Source of the DNA: Eledone cirrhosa
Lineage: Eukaryota
Assembly (NCBI GenBank): GCA_964016885.1
Contig: OZ024744.1
Span: 19,530,001-19,594,000 of the forward strand
Reading direction: 5' to 3'
Length of the DNA stretch: 64,000 bases
In this document: positions 26,901 to 42,500 of the stretch, piece after piece
How positions within the stretch are numbered: the first letter of the stretch is position 1
How the letters are laid out: each line of letters begins with the position of its first letter
Notes under the pieces: model-generated
Told to the model about the DNA's origin: nothing
Seen by the model: the letters and a program-made list of their open reading frames with translations, nothing else
The model's database searches: none
Made by a program: the position numbers and the translations under genes

Positions 26901-29499
26901 TATAACTTTCACAGTATTTTAGACTAAAGAAATTTATAGCTTGATAGTGGGGATTATAACCCTCGGAGAAATGGAAAAAGATGAGTGTTGCCATACATGG
27001 GAGTCGAACCCACATCTTTGGCTATCCAGACCACTGTCCTACCATTAGATCAATACACATCCCATCTCCTTCCATTCGAATTAGAAGCTATGAACTTAGC
27101 AAGTGAATGATAAACTAGCAAATTATAAACGTAAACATGTAAGTATGTTTTTGAAACGGTGCGCTCGTTTGAAATTAGAAATTAGAAATTATAAGCTGTC
27201 ACCGTATGTTAGACTAAAGATATTTATAGCTTGATAGTGGGGATTATAATCCTCGGAGAAATGGAAAAAGATGAGTGTTGCCATACCTGGGAGTCGAACA
27301 CACATCTTTGGTTATCCAGACCACTGTGCTACCATTACACGAATACACATCCCATCTCCTTCCATTCGAATTAGAAGCTATGAACTTAGCAAGTGAATGA
27401 TAAACGAGCAAATTATAAACGTAAACATGTTAGTATCTTTTTGAAACGGTGCTCGAGTTTGAAATTAGAAATTAGAAATTATAAGCTTTCACCTTATTTT
27501 AGACTAAAGAAATGTATAGCTTGATAGTGGGGTTTATAACCCTAGGAGAAATGGAAAAAGATGAGTGTTGCCATACCTGGGAGTCGAACCCACATCTCTG
27601 GTTATCCAGACCACTGTCCTACCATTAGAGCAATACACATCCCATCTCCTTCCATTCGAATTAGAAGCTATGAACTTAGCAAGTGAATGATAAACAAGCA
27701 AATTATAAACGTAAACATGTAAGTATGTTTTTGAAACGGTGCGCTCGTTTGAAATTAGAAATTAGAAATTAGAAGCTTTCACCGGATTTTAGACTAAAGA
27801 AATGTATAGCTTGATAGTGGGGTTTATAACCCAAGGAGAAATAGAAAAAGATGAGTGTTGCCATACCTGGGAGTCGAACCCACATATTTTGTTATCCAGA
27901 CCATTGTGCTACCATTACACCAATACACATCCCATCTCCTTCCATTCGAATTAGAAGCTATGAACTTAGCAAGTGAATGATAAACAAACAAATTATAAAC
28001 GTAAACATGTAAGCATGTATTTGAAACGGTGCGCTCGTTTGAAATTAGAAATTAGAAATTATAAGCTTTCACCGTATTTTAGAATAAAGAAATGTATAGC
28101 TTGATAGTGGGGTTTATAACCCTCGGAGAAATGGAAAAAAGATGAGGTTGCCATACATGGGAGTCGAACCCACATATTTGGTTATCCAGACCACTGTGCT
28201 ACCATTACACCAATACACGTCCCATCTCCTTCCATTCGAATTAGAAGCTATGAACTTAGCAAGTGAATGATAAACAAGCAAATTATAAACGCAAACATGT
28301 AAGTATGTGTTTGAAACGGTGCGCGAGTTTGAAATTAGAAATTAGAAATTATAACTTTCACAGTATTTTAGACTAAAGAAATTTATAGCTTGATAGTGGG
28401 GATTATAACCCTCGGAGAAATGGAAAAAGATGAGTGTTGCCATACATGGGAGTCGAACCCACATCTTTGGCTATCCAGACCACTGTCCTACCATTAGACC
28501 AATACACATCCCATCTCCTTCCATTCGAATTAGAAGCTATGAACTTAGCAAGTGAATGATAAACTAGCAAATTATAAACGTAAACATGTAAGTATGTTTT
28601 TGAAACGGTGCGCTCGTTTGAAATTAGAAATTAGAAATTATAAGCTGTCACCGTATGTTAGACTAAAGAAATTTATAGCTTGATAGTGGGGATTATAACC
28701 CTCGGAGAAATTGAAAAAGATGAGTGTTGCCATACATGGGAGTCGAACCCACATATATTGTTATCCAGACCACTGTCCTACCATTAGACCAATACACATC
28801 CCATCTCCTTCCATTCGAATTAGAAGCTATGAACTGGGCAAGTGAATGATAGACAAGCAAATTATAAACGTAAACATGTAAGTATCTTTTTGAAACGGTG
28901 CACGAGTTTGAAATTATAAGCTTTCACCGTATTTTAGACTAAAGAAATGTATAGCTTGATAGTGGGGTTTATAACCCTAGGAGAAATGGAAAAAGATGAG
29001 TGTTGCCATACCTGGGAGTCGAACCCACATCTTTGGTTATCCAGACCACTGTCCTACCATTAGACCAATACACATCCCATCTCCTTCCATTCGAATTAGA
29101 AGCTATGAACTTAGCAAGTGAATGATAAACAAGCAAATTATAAACGTAAACATGTAAGTATGTTTTTGAAACGGTGCGCTCGTTTGAAATTAGAAATTAG
29201 AAATTATAAGCTTTCACCGTATGTTAGACTAAAGATATTTATAGCTTGATAGTTGGGTTTATAACCCTCGGAGAAATGGAAAAAGATGAGTGTTGCCATA
29301 CATGGGAGTCGAACCCACATATTTGGTTATCCAGACCACTGTGCTACCATTACACTAATACACATCCCATCTCCTTCCATTCGAATTAGAAGCTATGAAC
29401 TTAGCAAGTGAATGATAAACAAGCTAATTATAAACGTAAACATGTAAGTATGTGTTTGAAACGGTGCGCGAGTTTGAAATTAGAAATTAGAAATTATAA

Positions 29500-32400
29500 G
29501 CTTTCACCGTATTTTAGACTAAAGAAATTTATAGCTTGATAGTGGGGATTATAACCCTCGGAGAAATGGAAAAAGATGAGTGTTGCCATACATGGGAGTC
29601 GAACCCACATCTTTGGTTATCCAGACCACTGTCCTACCATTAGACCAATACATATCCCATCTCCTTCCATTCGAATTAGAAGCTATGAACTTAGCAAGTG
29701 AATGATAAACAAGTAAATTATAAACGTAAACATGTGAGTATGTTTTTGAAACGGTGCGCTCGTTTGAAATTAGAAATTAGAAATTATAAGCTTTCACCGT
29801 ATGTTAGACTAAAGATATTTATAGCTTGATAGTGGGGATTATAATCCTCGGAGAAATGGAAAAAGATGAGTGTTGCCATACCTGGGAGTCGAACCCACAT
29901 CTCTGGTTATCCAGACCACTGTCCTACCATTAGACCAATACACATTCCATCTCCTTCCATTCGAATTAGAAGCTATGAACTTAGCAAGTGAATGATAAAC
30001 ATGCAAATTATAAACGTAAACATGTAAGTATGTTTTTGAAACGGTGCGCGAGTTTGAAATTAGAAATTAGAAATTATAAGCTTTCACCGTATTTTAGACT
30101 AAAGAAATTTATAGCTTGATAGTGGGGATTATAACCCTCGCAGAAATGGAAAAAGATGAGTGTTGCCATACATGGGAGTCGAACCCACATCTTTGGTTAT
30201 CCAGACCACTGTCCTACCATTAGACCAATACACATCCCATCTCCTTCCATTCGAATTAGAAGCTATGAACTTAGCAAGTGAATGATAAACAAGCAAATTA
30301 TAAACGTAAACATGTAAGTATGTATTTGAAACGGTGCGCTCGTTTGAAATTAGAAATTATAAATTATAAGCTTTCACCGTATTTTAGAATAAAGAAATTT
30401 ATAGCTTGATAGTGGGGTTTATAACCCTCGGAGACATGGAAAAAGATGAGTGTTGCCATACCTGGGAGTCGAACCCACATCTCTGGTTATCCAGACCACT
30501 GTCCTACCATTAGACCAATACACATCCCATCTCCTTCTATTCGAATTAGAAGCTATGAACTTAGCAAGTGAATGATAAACAAGCAAATTATAAACGTAAA
30601 CATGTAAGTATGTTTTTGAAACGGTGCGCTCGTTTGAAATTAGAAATTAGAAATTATAAGCTTTCACCGGATTTTAGACTAAAGAAATGTATAGCTTGAT
30701 AGTGGGGTTTATAACCCAAGGAGAAATGGAAAAAGATGAGTGTTGCCATACCTGGGAGTCGAACCTACATATATTGTTATCCAGACCATTGTGCTACCAT
30801 TACACCAATACACATCCCATCTCCTTCCATTCGAATTAGAAGCTATGAACTTAGCAAGTGAATGATAAACAAACAAATTATAAACGTAAACATGTAAGCA
30901 TGTATTTGAAACGGTGCGCTCGTTTGAAATTAGAAATTAGAAATTATAAGCTTTCACCGTATTTTAGAATAAAGAAATGTATAGCTTGATAGTGGGGTTT
31001 ATAACCCTCGGAGAAATGGAAAAAAGATGAGTGTTGCCATACATGGGAGTCGAACCCACATATTTGGTTATCCAGACCACTGTGCTACCATTACACCAAT
31101 ACACGTCCCATCTCCTTCCATTCGAATTAGAAGCTATGAACTTAGCAAGTGAATGATAAACAAGCAAATTATAAACGCAAACATGTAAGTATGTGTTTGA
31201 AACGGTGCGCGAGTTTGAAATTAGAAATTAGAAATTATAACTTTCACAGTATTTTAGACTAAAGAAATTTATAGCTTGATAGTGGGGATTATAACCCTCG
31301 GAGAAATGGAAAAAGATGAGTGTTGCCATACATGGGAGTCGAACCCACATCTTTGGTTATCCAGACCACTGTCCTACCATTAGACCAATACACATCCCAT
31401 CTCCTTCCATTCGAATTAGAAGCTATGAACTTAGCAAGTGAATGATAAACAAGTAAATTATAAACGTAAACATGTGAGTATGTTTTTGAAACGGTGCGCT
31501 CGTTTGAAATTAGAAATTAGAAATTATAAGCTTTCACCGTATGTTAGACTAAAGATATTTATAGCTTGATAGTGGGGATTATAATCCTCGGAGAAATGGA
31601 AAAAGATGAGTGTTGCCATACCTGGGAGTCGAACCCACATCTCTGGTTATCCAGACCACTGTCCTACCATTAGACCAATACACATCCCATCTCCTTCCAT
31701 TCGAATTAGAAGCTATGAACTTAGCAAGTGAATGATAAACAAGCAAATTATAAACGTAAACATGTAAGTATGTTTTTGAAACGGTGCGCGAGTTTGAAAT
31801 TAGAAATTAGAAATTATAAGCTTTCACCGTATTTTAGACAAAAGAAATTTATAGCTTGATAGTGGGGATTATAACCCTCGCAGAAATGGAAAAAGATGAG
31901 TGTTGCCATACATGGGAGTCGAACCCACATCTTTGGTTATCCAGACCACTGTCCTACCATTAGACCAATACACATCCCATCTCCTTCCATTCGAATTAGA
32001 AGCTATGAACTTAGCAAGTGAATGATAAACAAGCAAATTATAAACGTAAACATGTAAGTATGTATTTGAAACGGTGCGCTCGTTTGAAATTAGAAATTAT
32101 AAATTATAAGCTTTCACCGTATTTTAGAATAAAGAAATTTATAGCTTGATAGTGGGGTTTATAACCCTCGGAGACATGGAAAAAGATGAGTGTTGCCATA
32201 CCTGGGAGTCGAACCCACATCTCTGGTTATCCAGACCACTGTCCTACCATTAGACCAATACACATCCCATCTCCTTCTATTCGAATTAGAAGCTATGAAC
32301 TTAGCAAGTGAATGATAAACAAGCAAATTATAAACGTAAACATGTAAGTATGTTTTTGAAACGGTGCGCTCGTTTGAAATTAGAAATTAGAAATTATAAG

Positions 32401-33550
32401 CTTTCACCGGATTTTAGACTAAAGAAATGTATAGCTTGATAGTGGGGTTTATAACCCAAGGAGAAATGGAAAAAGATGAGTGTTGCCATACCTGGGAGTC
32501 GAACCTACATATATTGTTATCCAGACCATTGTGCTACCATTACACCAATACACATCCCATCTCCTTCCATTCGAATTAGAAGCTATGAACTTAGCAAGTG
32601 AATGATAAACAAACAAATTATAAACGTAAACATGTAAGCATGTATTTGAAACGGTGCGCTCGTTTGAAATTAGAAATTAGAAATTATAAGCTTTCACCGT
32701 ATTTTAGAATAAAGAAATGTATAGCTTGATAGTGGGGTTTATAACCCTCGGAGAAATGGAAAAAAGATGAGTGTTGCCATACATGGGAGTCGAACCCACA
32801 TATTTGGTTATCCAGACCACTGTGCTACCATTACACCAATACACGTCCCATCTCCTTCCATTCGAATTAGAAGCTATGAACTTAGCAAGTGAATGATAAA
32901 CAAGCAAATTATAAACGCAAACATGTAAGTATGTGTTTGAAACGGTGCGCGAGTTTGAAATTAGAAATTAGAAATTATAACTTTCACAGTATTTTAGACT
33001 AAAGAAATTTATAGCTTGATAGTGGGGATTATAACCCTCGGAGAAATGGAAAAAGATGAGTGTTGCCATACATGGGAGTCGAACCCACATCTTTGGTTAT
33101 CCAGACCACTGTCCTACCATTAGACCAATACACATCCCATCTCCTTCCATTCGAATTAGAAGCTATGAACTTAGCAAGTGAATGATAAACAAGTAAATTA
33201 TAAACGTAAACATGTGAGTATGTTTTTGAAACGGTGCGCTCGTTTGAAATTAGAAATTAGAAATTATAAGCTTTCACCGTATGTTAGACTAAAGATATTT
33301 ATAGCTTGATAGTGGAGATTATAATCCTCGGAGAAATGGAAAAAGATGAGTGTTGCCATACCTGGGAGTCGAACCCACATCTCTGGTTATCCAGACCACT
33401 GTCCTACCATTAGACCAATACACATCCCATCTCCTTCCATTCGAATTAGAAGCTATGAACTTAGCAAGTGAATGATAAACAAGCAAATTATAAACGTAAA
33501 CATGTAAGTATGTTTTTGAAACGGTGCGCGAGTTTGAAATTAGAAATTAG
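29500..33550. repeat. 6-monomer higher-order repeat (1740 bp)
   Basis: A6 ORF markers at 30964 and 32704 (also 35025 and 36765) are 1740 apart, with ordered variants 'aagta/gtgag', 'ataatcc', 'ctcgcag', 'gagacatg/ttctatt', 'ccaagg/acctac'. Boundaries approximate. Confidence 0.85.
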
Positions 33551-36500
33551 AAATTATAAGCTTTCACCGTATTTTAGAATAAAGAAATTTATAGCTTGAT
33601 AGTGGGGTTTATAACCCTCGGAGACATGGAAAAAGATGAGTGTTGCCATACCTGGGAGTCGAACCCACATCTCTGGTTATCCAGACCACTGTCCTACCAT
33701 TAGACCAATACACATCCCATCTCCTTCCATTCGAATTAGAAGCTATGAACTTAGCAAGTGAATGATAAACGAGCAAATTATAAACGTAAACATGTTAGTA
33801 TCTTTTTGAAACGGTGCTCGAGTTTGAAATTAGAAATTAGAAATTATAAGCTTTCACCTTATTTTAGACTAAAGAAATGTATAGCTTGATAGTGGGGTTT
33901 ATAACCCTAGGAGAAATGGAAAAAGATGAGTGTTGCCATACCTGGGAGTCGAACCCACATCTCTGGTTATCCAGACCACTGTCCTACCATTAGAGCAATA
34001 CACATCCCATCTCCTTCCATTCGAATTAGAAGCTATGAACTTAGCAAGTGAATGATAAACAAGCAAATTATAAACGTAAACATGTAAGTATGTTTTTGAA
34101 ACGGTGCGCTCGTTTGAAATTAGAAATTAGAAATTAGAAGCTTTCACCGGATTTTAGACTAAAGAAATGTATAGCTTGATAGTGGGGTTTATAACCCTAG
34201 GAGAAATGGAAAAAAGATGAGTGTTGCCATACCTGGGAGTCGAACCCACATCTCTGGTTATCCAGACCACTGTCCTACCATTAGAGCAATACACATCCCA
34301 TCTCCTTCCATTCGAATTAGAAGCTATGAACTTAGCAAGTGAATGATAAACAAGCAAATTATAAACGTAAACATGTAAGTATGTTTTTGAAACGGTGCGC
34401 TCGTTTGAAATTAGAAATTATAAATTATAAGCTTTCACCGTATTTTAGAATAAAGAAATTTATAGCTTGATAGTGGGGTTTATAACCCTCGGAGACATGG
34501 AAAAAGATGAGTGTTGCCATACCTGGGAGTCGAACCCACATCTCTGGTTATCCAGACCACTGTCCTACCATTAGACCAATACACATCCCATCTCCTTCTA
34601 TTCGAATTAGAAGCTATGAACTTAGCAAGTGAATGATAAACAAGCAAATTATAAACGTAAACATGTAAGTATGTTTTTGAAACGGTGCGCTCGTTTGAAA
34701 TTAGAAATTAGAAATTATAAGCTTTCACCGGATTTTAGACTAAAGAAATGTATAGCTTGATAGTGGGGTTTATAACCCAAGGAGAAATGGAAAAAGATGA
34801 GTGTTGCCATACCTGGGAGTCGAACCTACATATATTGTTATCCAGACCATTGTGCTACCATTACACCAATACACATCCCATCTCCTTCCATTCGAATTAG
34901 AAGCTATGAACTTAGCAAGTGAATGATAAACAAACAAATTATAAACGTAAACATGTAAGCATGTATTTGAAACGGTGCGCTCGTTTGAAATTAGAAATTA
35001 GAAATTATAAGCTTTCACCGTATTTTAGAATAAAGAAATGTATAGCTTGATAGTGGGGTTTATAACCCTCGGAGAAATGGAAAAAAGATGAGTGTTGCCA
35101 TACATGGGAGTCGAACCCACATATTTGGTTATCCAGACCACTGTGCTACCATTACACCAATACACGTCCCATCTCCTTCCATTCGAATTAGAAGCTATGA
35201 ACTTAGCAAGTGAATGATAAACAAGCAAATTATAAACGCAAACATGTAAGTATGTGTTTGAAACGGTGCGCGAGTTTGAAATTAGAAATTAGAAATTATA
35301 ACTTTCACAGTATTTTAGACTAAAGAAATTTATAGCTTGATAGTGGGGATTATAACCCTCGGAGAAATGGAAAAAGATGAGTGTTGCCATACATGGGAGT
35401 CGAACCCACATCTTTGGTTATCCAGACCACTGTCCTACCATTAGACCAATACACATCCCATCTCCTTCCATTCGAATTAGAAGCTATGAACTTAGCAAGT
35501 GAATGATAAACAAGTAAATTATAAACGTAAACATGTGAGTATGTTTTTGAAACGGTGCGCTCGTTTGAAATTAGAAATTAGAAATTATAAGCTTTCACCG
35601 TATGTTAGACTAAAGATATTTATAGCTTGATAGTGGGGATTATAATCCTCGGAGAAATGGAAAAAGATGAGTGTTGCCATACCTGGGAGTCGAACCCACA
35701 TCTCTGGTTATCCAGACCACTGTCCTACCATTAGACCAATACACATCCCATCTCCTTCCATTCGAATTAGAAGCTATGAACTTAGCAAGTGAATGATAAA
35801 CAAGCAAATTATAAACGTAAACATGTAAGTATGTTTTTGAAACGGTGCGCGAGTTTGAAATTGGAAATTAGAAATTATAAGCTTTCACCGTATTTTAGAC
35901 AAAAGAAATTTATAGCTTGATAGTGGGGATTATAACCCTCGCAGAAATGGAAAAAGATGAGTGTTGCCATACATGGGAGTCGAACCCACATCTTTGGTTA
36001 TCCAGACCACTGTCCTACCATTAGACCAATACACATCCCATCTCCTTCCATTCGAATTAGAAGCTATGAACTTAGCAAGTGAATGATAAACAAGCAAATT
36101 ATAAACGTAAACATGTAAGTATGTATTTGAAACGGTGCGCTCGTTTGAAATTAGAAATTATAAATTATAAGCTTTCACCGTATTTTAGAATAAAGAAATT
36201 TATAGCTTGATAGTGGGGTTTATAACCCTCGGAGACATGGAAAAAGATGAGTGTTGCCATACCTGGGAGTCGAACCCACATCTCTGGTTATCCAGACCAC
36301 TGTCCTACCATTAGACCAATACACATCCCATCTCCTTCTATTCGAATTAGAAGCTATAAACTTAGCAAGTGAATGATAAACAAGCAAATTATAAACGTAA
36401 ACATGTAAGTATTTTTTTGAAACGGTGCGCTCGTTTGAAATTAGAAATTAGAAATTATAAGCTTTCACCGGATTTTAGACTAAAGAAATGTATAGCTTGA

Positions 36501-39500
36501 TAGTGGGGTTTATAACCCAAGGAGAAATGGAAAAAGATGAGTGTTGCCATACCTGGGAGTCGAACCTACATATATTGTTATCCAGACCATTGTGCTACCA
36601 TTACACCAATACACATCCCATCTCCTTCCATTCGAATTAGAAGCTATGAACTTAGCAAGTGAATGATAAACATACAAATTATAAACGTAAACATGTAAGC
36701 ATGTATTTGAAACGGTGCGCTCGTTTGAAATTAGAAATTAGAAATTATAAGCTTTCACCGTATTTTAGAATAAAGAAATGTATAGCTTGATAGTGGGGTT
36801 TATAACCCTCGGAGAAATGGAAAAAAGATGAGTGTTGCCATACATGGGAGTCGAACCCACATATTTGGTTATCCAGACCACTGTGCTACCATTACACCAA
36901 TACACGTCCCATCTCCTTCCATTCGAATTAGAAGCTATGAACTTAGCAAGTGAATGATAAACAAGCAAATTATAAACGCAAACATGTAAGTATGTGTTTG
37001 AAACGGTGCGCGAGTTTGAAATTAGAAATTAGAAATTATAACTTTCACAGTATTTTAGACTAAAGAAATTTATAGCTTGATAGTGGGGATTATAACCCTC
37101 GGAGAAATGGAAAAAGATGAGTGTTGCCATACATGGGAGTCGAACCCACATCTTTGGCTATCCAGACCACTGTCCTACCATTAGACCAATACACATCCCA
37201 TCTCCTTCCATTCGAATTAGAAGCTATGAACTTAGCAAGTGAATGATAAACTAGCAAATTATAAACGTAAACATGTAAGTATGTTTTTGAAACGGTGCGC
37301 TCGTTTGAAATTAGAAATTAGAAATTATAAGCTGTCACCGTATGTTAGACTAAAGATATTTATAGCTTGATAGTGGGGATTATAATCCTCGGAGAAATGG
37401 AAAAAGATGAGTGTTGCCATACCTGGGAGTCGAACACACATCTTTGGTTATCCAGACCACTGTGCTACCATTACACGAATACACATCCCATCTCCTTCCA
37501 TTCGAATTAGAAGCTATGAACTTAGCAAGTGAATGATAAACGAGCAAATTATAAACGTAAACATGTTAGTATCTTTTTGAAACGGTGCTCGAGTTTGAAA
37601 TTAGAAATTAGAAATTATAAGCTTTCACCGTATTTTAGAATAAAGAAATTTATAGCTTGATAGTGGGGTTTATAACCCTCGGAGACATGGAAAAAGATGA
37701 GTGTTGCCATACCTGGGAGTCGAACCCACATCTCTGGTTATCCAGACCACTGTCCTACCATTAGACCAATACACATCCCATCTCCTTCCATTCGAATTAG
37801 AAGCTATGAACTTAGCAAGTGAATGATAAACAAGCAAATTATAAACGTAAACATGTAAGTATGTTTTTGAAACGGTGCGCTCGTTTGAAATTAGAAATTA
37901 GAAATTAGAAGCTTTCACCGGATTTTAGACTAAAGAAATGTATAGCTTGATAGTGGGGTTTATGACCCAAGGAGAAATGGAAAAAGATGAGTGTTGCCAT
38001 ACCTGGGAGTCGAACCCACATATTTTGTTATCCAGACCATTGTGCTACCATTACACCAATACACATCCCATCTCCTTCCATTCGAATTAGAAGCTATGAA
38101 CTTAGCAAGTGAATGATAAACAAACAAATTATAAACGTAAACATGTAAGCATGTATTTGAAACGGTGCGCTCGTTTGAAATTAGAAATTAGAAATTATAA
38201 GCTTTCACCGTATTTTAGAATAAAGAAATGTATAGCTTGATAGTGGGGTTTATAACCCTCGGAGAAATGGAAAAAAGATGAGGTTGCCATACATGGGAGT
38301 CGAACCCACATATTTGGTTATACAGACCACTGTGCTACCATTACACCAATACACGTCCCATCTCCTTCCATTCGAATTAGAAGCTATGAACTTAGCAAGT
38401 GAATGATAAACAAGCAAATTATAAACGCAAACATGTAAGTATGTGTTTGAAACGGTGCGCGAGTTTGAAATTAGAAATTAGAAATTATAACTTTCACAGT
38501 ATTTTAGACTAAAGAAATTTATAGCTTGATAGTGGGGATTATAACCCTCGGAGAAATGGAAAAAGATGAGTGTTGCCATACATGGGAGTCGAACCCACAT
38601 CTTTGGTTATCCAGACCACTGTCCTACCATTAGACCAATACACATCCCATCTCCTTCCATTCGAATTAGAAGCTATGAACTTAGCAAGTGAATGATAAAC
38701 AAGTAAATTATAAACGTAAACATGTGAGTATGTTTTTGAAACGGTGCGCTCGTTTGAAATTAGAAATTAGAAATTATAAGCTTTCACCGTATGTTAGACT
38801 AAAGATATTTATAGCTTGATAGTGGGGATTATAATCCTCGGAGAAATGGAAAAAGATGAGTGTTGCCATACCTGGGAGTCGAACCCACATCTCTGGTTAT
38901 CCAGACCACTGTCCTACCATTAGACCAATACACATCCCATCTCCTTCCATTCGAATTAGAAGCTATGAACTTAGCAAGTGAATGATAAACAAGCAAATTA
39001 TAAACGTAAACATGTAAGTATGTTTTTGAAACGGTGCGCGAGTTTGAAATTAGAAATTAGAAATTATAAGCTTTCACCGTATTTTAGAATAAAGAAATTT
39101 ATAGCTTGATAGTGGGGTTTATAACCCTCGGAGACATGGAAAAAGATGAGTGTTGCCATACCTGGGAGTCGAACCCACATCTCTGGTTATCCAGACCACT
39201 GTCCTACCATTAGACCAATACACATCCCATCTCCTTCCATTCGAATTAGAAGCTATGAACTTAGCAAGTGAATGATAAACGAGCAAATTATAAACGTAAA
39301 CATGTTAGTATCTTTTTGAAACGGTGCTCGAGTTTGAAATTAGAAATTAGAAATTATAAGCTTTCACCTTATTTTAGACTAAAGAAATGTATAGCTTGAT
39401 AGTGGGGTTTATAACCCTAGGAGAAATGGAAAAAGATGAGTGTTGCCATACCTGGGAGTCGAACCCACATCTCTGGTTATCCAGACCACTGTCCTACCAT

Positions 39501-42500
39501 TAGAGCAATACACATCCCATCTCCTTCCATTCGAATTAGAAGCTATGAACTTAGCAAGTGAATGATAAACAAGCAAATTATAAACGTAAACATGTAAGTA
39601 TGTTTTTGAAACGGTGCGCTCGTTTGAAATTAGAAATTAGAAATTAGAAGCTTTCACCGGATTTTAGACTAAAGAAATGTATAGCTTGATAGTGGGGTTT
39701 ATAACCCTCGGAGAAATGGAAAAAAGATGAGTGTTGCCATACATGGGAGTCGAACCCACATATTTGGTTATCCAGACCACTGTGCTACCATTACACCAAT
39801 ACACGTCCCATCTCCTTCCATTCGAATTAGAAGCTATGAACTTAGCAAGTGAATGATAAACAAGCAAATTATAAACGCAAACATGTAAGTATGTGTTTGA
39901 AACGGTGCGCGAGTTTGAAATTAGAAATTAGAAATTATAACTTTCACAGTATTTTAGACTAAAGAAATTTATAGCTTGATAGTGGGGATTATAACCCTCG
40001 GAGAAATGGAAAAAGATGAGTGTTGCCATACATGGGAGTCGAACCCACATCTTTGGCTATCCAGACCACTGTCCTACCATTAGACCAATACACATCCCAT
40101 CTCCTTCCATTCGAATTAGAAGCTATGAACTTAGCAAGTGAATGATAAACTAGCAAATTATAAACGTAAACATGTAAGTATGTTTTTGAAACGGTGCGCT
40201 CGTTTGAAATTAGAAATTAGAAATTATAAGCTGTCACCGTATGTTAGACTAAAGATATTTATAGCTTGATAGTGGGGATTATAATCCTCGGAGAAATGGA
40301 AAAAGATGAGTGTTGCCATACCTGGGAGTCGAACACACATCTTTGGTTATCCAGACCACTGTGCTACCATTACACGAATACACATCCCATCTCCTTCCAT
40401 TCGAATTAGAAGCTATGAACTTAGCAAGTGAATGATAAACGAGCAAATTATAAACGTAAACATGTTAGTATCTTTTTGAAACGGTGCTCGAGTTTGAAAT
40501 TAGAAATTAGAAATTATAAGCTTTCACCTTATTTTAGACTAAAGAAATGTATAGCTTGATAGTGGGGTTTATAACCCTAGGAGAAATGGAAAAAGATGAG
40601 TGTTGCCATACCTGGGAGTCGAACCCACATCTCTGGTTATCCAGACCACTGTCCTACCATTAGAGCAATACACATCCCATCTCCTTCCATTCGAATTAGA
40701 AGCTATGAACTTAGCAAGTGAATGATAAACAAGCAAATTATAAACGTAAACATGTAAGTATGTTTTTGAAACGGTGCGCTCGTTTGAAATTAGAAATTAG
40801 AAATTAGAAGCTTTCACCGGATTTTAGACTAAAGAAATGTATAGCTTGATAGTGGGGTTTATGACCCAAGGAGAAATGGAAAAAGATGAGTGTTGCCATA
40901 CCTGGGAGTCGAACCCACATATTTTGTTATCCAGACCATTGTGCTACCATTACACCAATACACATCCCATCTCCTTCCATTCGAATTAGAAGCTATGAAC
41001 TTAGCAAGTGAATGATAAACAAACAAATTATAAACGTAAACATGTAAGCATGTATTTGAAACGGTGCGCTCGTTTGAAATTAGAAATTAGAAATTATAAG
41101 CTTTCACCGTATTTTAGAATAAAGAAATGTATAGCTTGATAGTGGGGTTTATAACCCTCGGAGAAATGGAAAAAAGATGAGGTTGCCATACATGGGAGTC
41201 GAACCCACATATTTGGTTATCCAGACCACTGTGCTACCATTACACCAATACACGTCCCATCTCCTTCCATTCGAATTAGAAGCTATGAACTTAGCAAGTG
41301 AATGATAAACAAGCAAATTATAAACGCAAACATGTAAGTATGTGTTTGAAACGGTGCGCGAGTTTGAAATTAGAAATTAGAAATTATAACTTTCACAGTA
41401 TTTTAGACTAAAGAAATTTATAGCTTGATAGTGGGGATTATAACCCTCGGAGAAATGGAAAAAGATGAGTGTTGCCATACATGGGAGTCGAACCCACATC
41501 TTTGGTTATCCAGACCACTGTCCTACCATTAGACCAATACACATCCCATCTCCTTCCATTCGAATTAGAAGCTATGAACTTAGCAAGTGAATGATAAACA
41601 AGTAAATTATAAACGTAAACATGTGAGTATGTTTTTGAAACGGTGCGCTCGTTTGAAATTAGAAATTAGAAATTATAAGCTTTCACCGTATGTTAGACTA
41701 AAGATATTTATAGCTTGATAGTGGGGATTATAATCCTCGGAGAAATGGAAAAAGATGAGTGTTGCCATACCTGGGAGTCGAACCCACATCTCTGGTTATC
41801 CAGACCACTGTCCTACCATTAGACCAATACACATCCCATCTCCTTCCATTCGAATTAGAAGCTATGAACTTAGCAAGTGAATGATAAACAAGCAAATTAT
41901 AAACGTAAACATGTAAGTATGTTTTTGAAACGGTGCGCGAGTTTGAAATTGGAAATTAGAAATTATAAGCTTTCACCGTATTTTAGACAAAAGAAATTTA
42001 TAGCTTGATAGTGGGGATTATAACCCTCGCAGAAATGGAAAAAGATGAGTGTTGCCATACATGGGAGTCGACCCCACATCTTTGGTTATCCAGACCACTG
42101 TCCTACCATTAGACCAATACACATCCCATCTCCTTCCATTCGAATTAGAAGCTATGAACTTAGCAAGTGAATGATAAACAAGCAAATTATAAACGTAAAC
42201 ATGTAAGTATGTATTTGAAACGGTGCGCTCGTTTGAAATTAGAAATTATAAATTATAAGCTTTCACCGTATTTTAGAATAAAGAAATTTATAGCTTGATA
42301 GTGGGGTTTATAACCCTCGGAGACATGGAAAAAGATGAGTGTTGCCATACCTGGGAGTCGAACCCACATCTCTGGTTATCCAGACCACTGTCCTACCATT
42401 AGACCAATACACATCCCATCTCCTTCTATTCGAATTAGAAGCTATAAACTTAGCAAGTGAATGATAAACAAGCAAATTATAAACGTAAACATGTAAGTAT

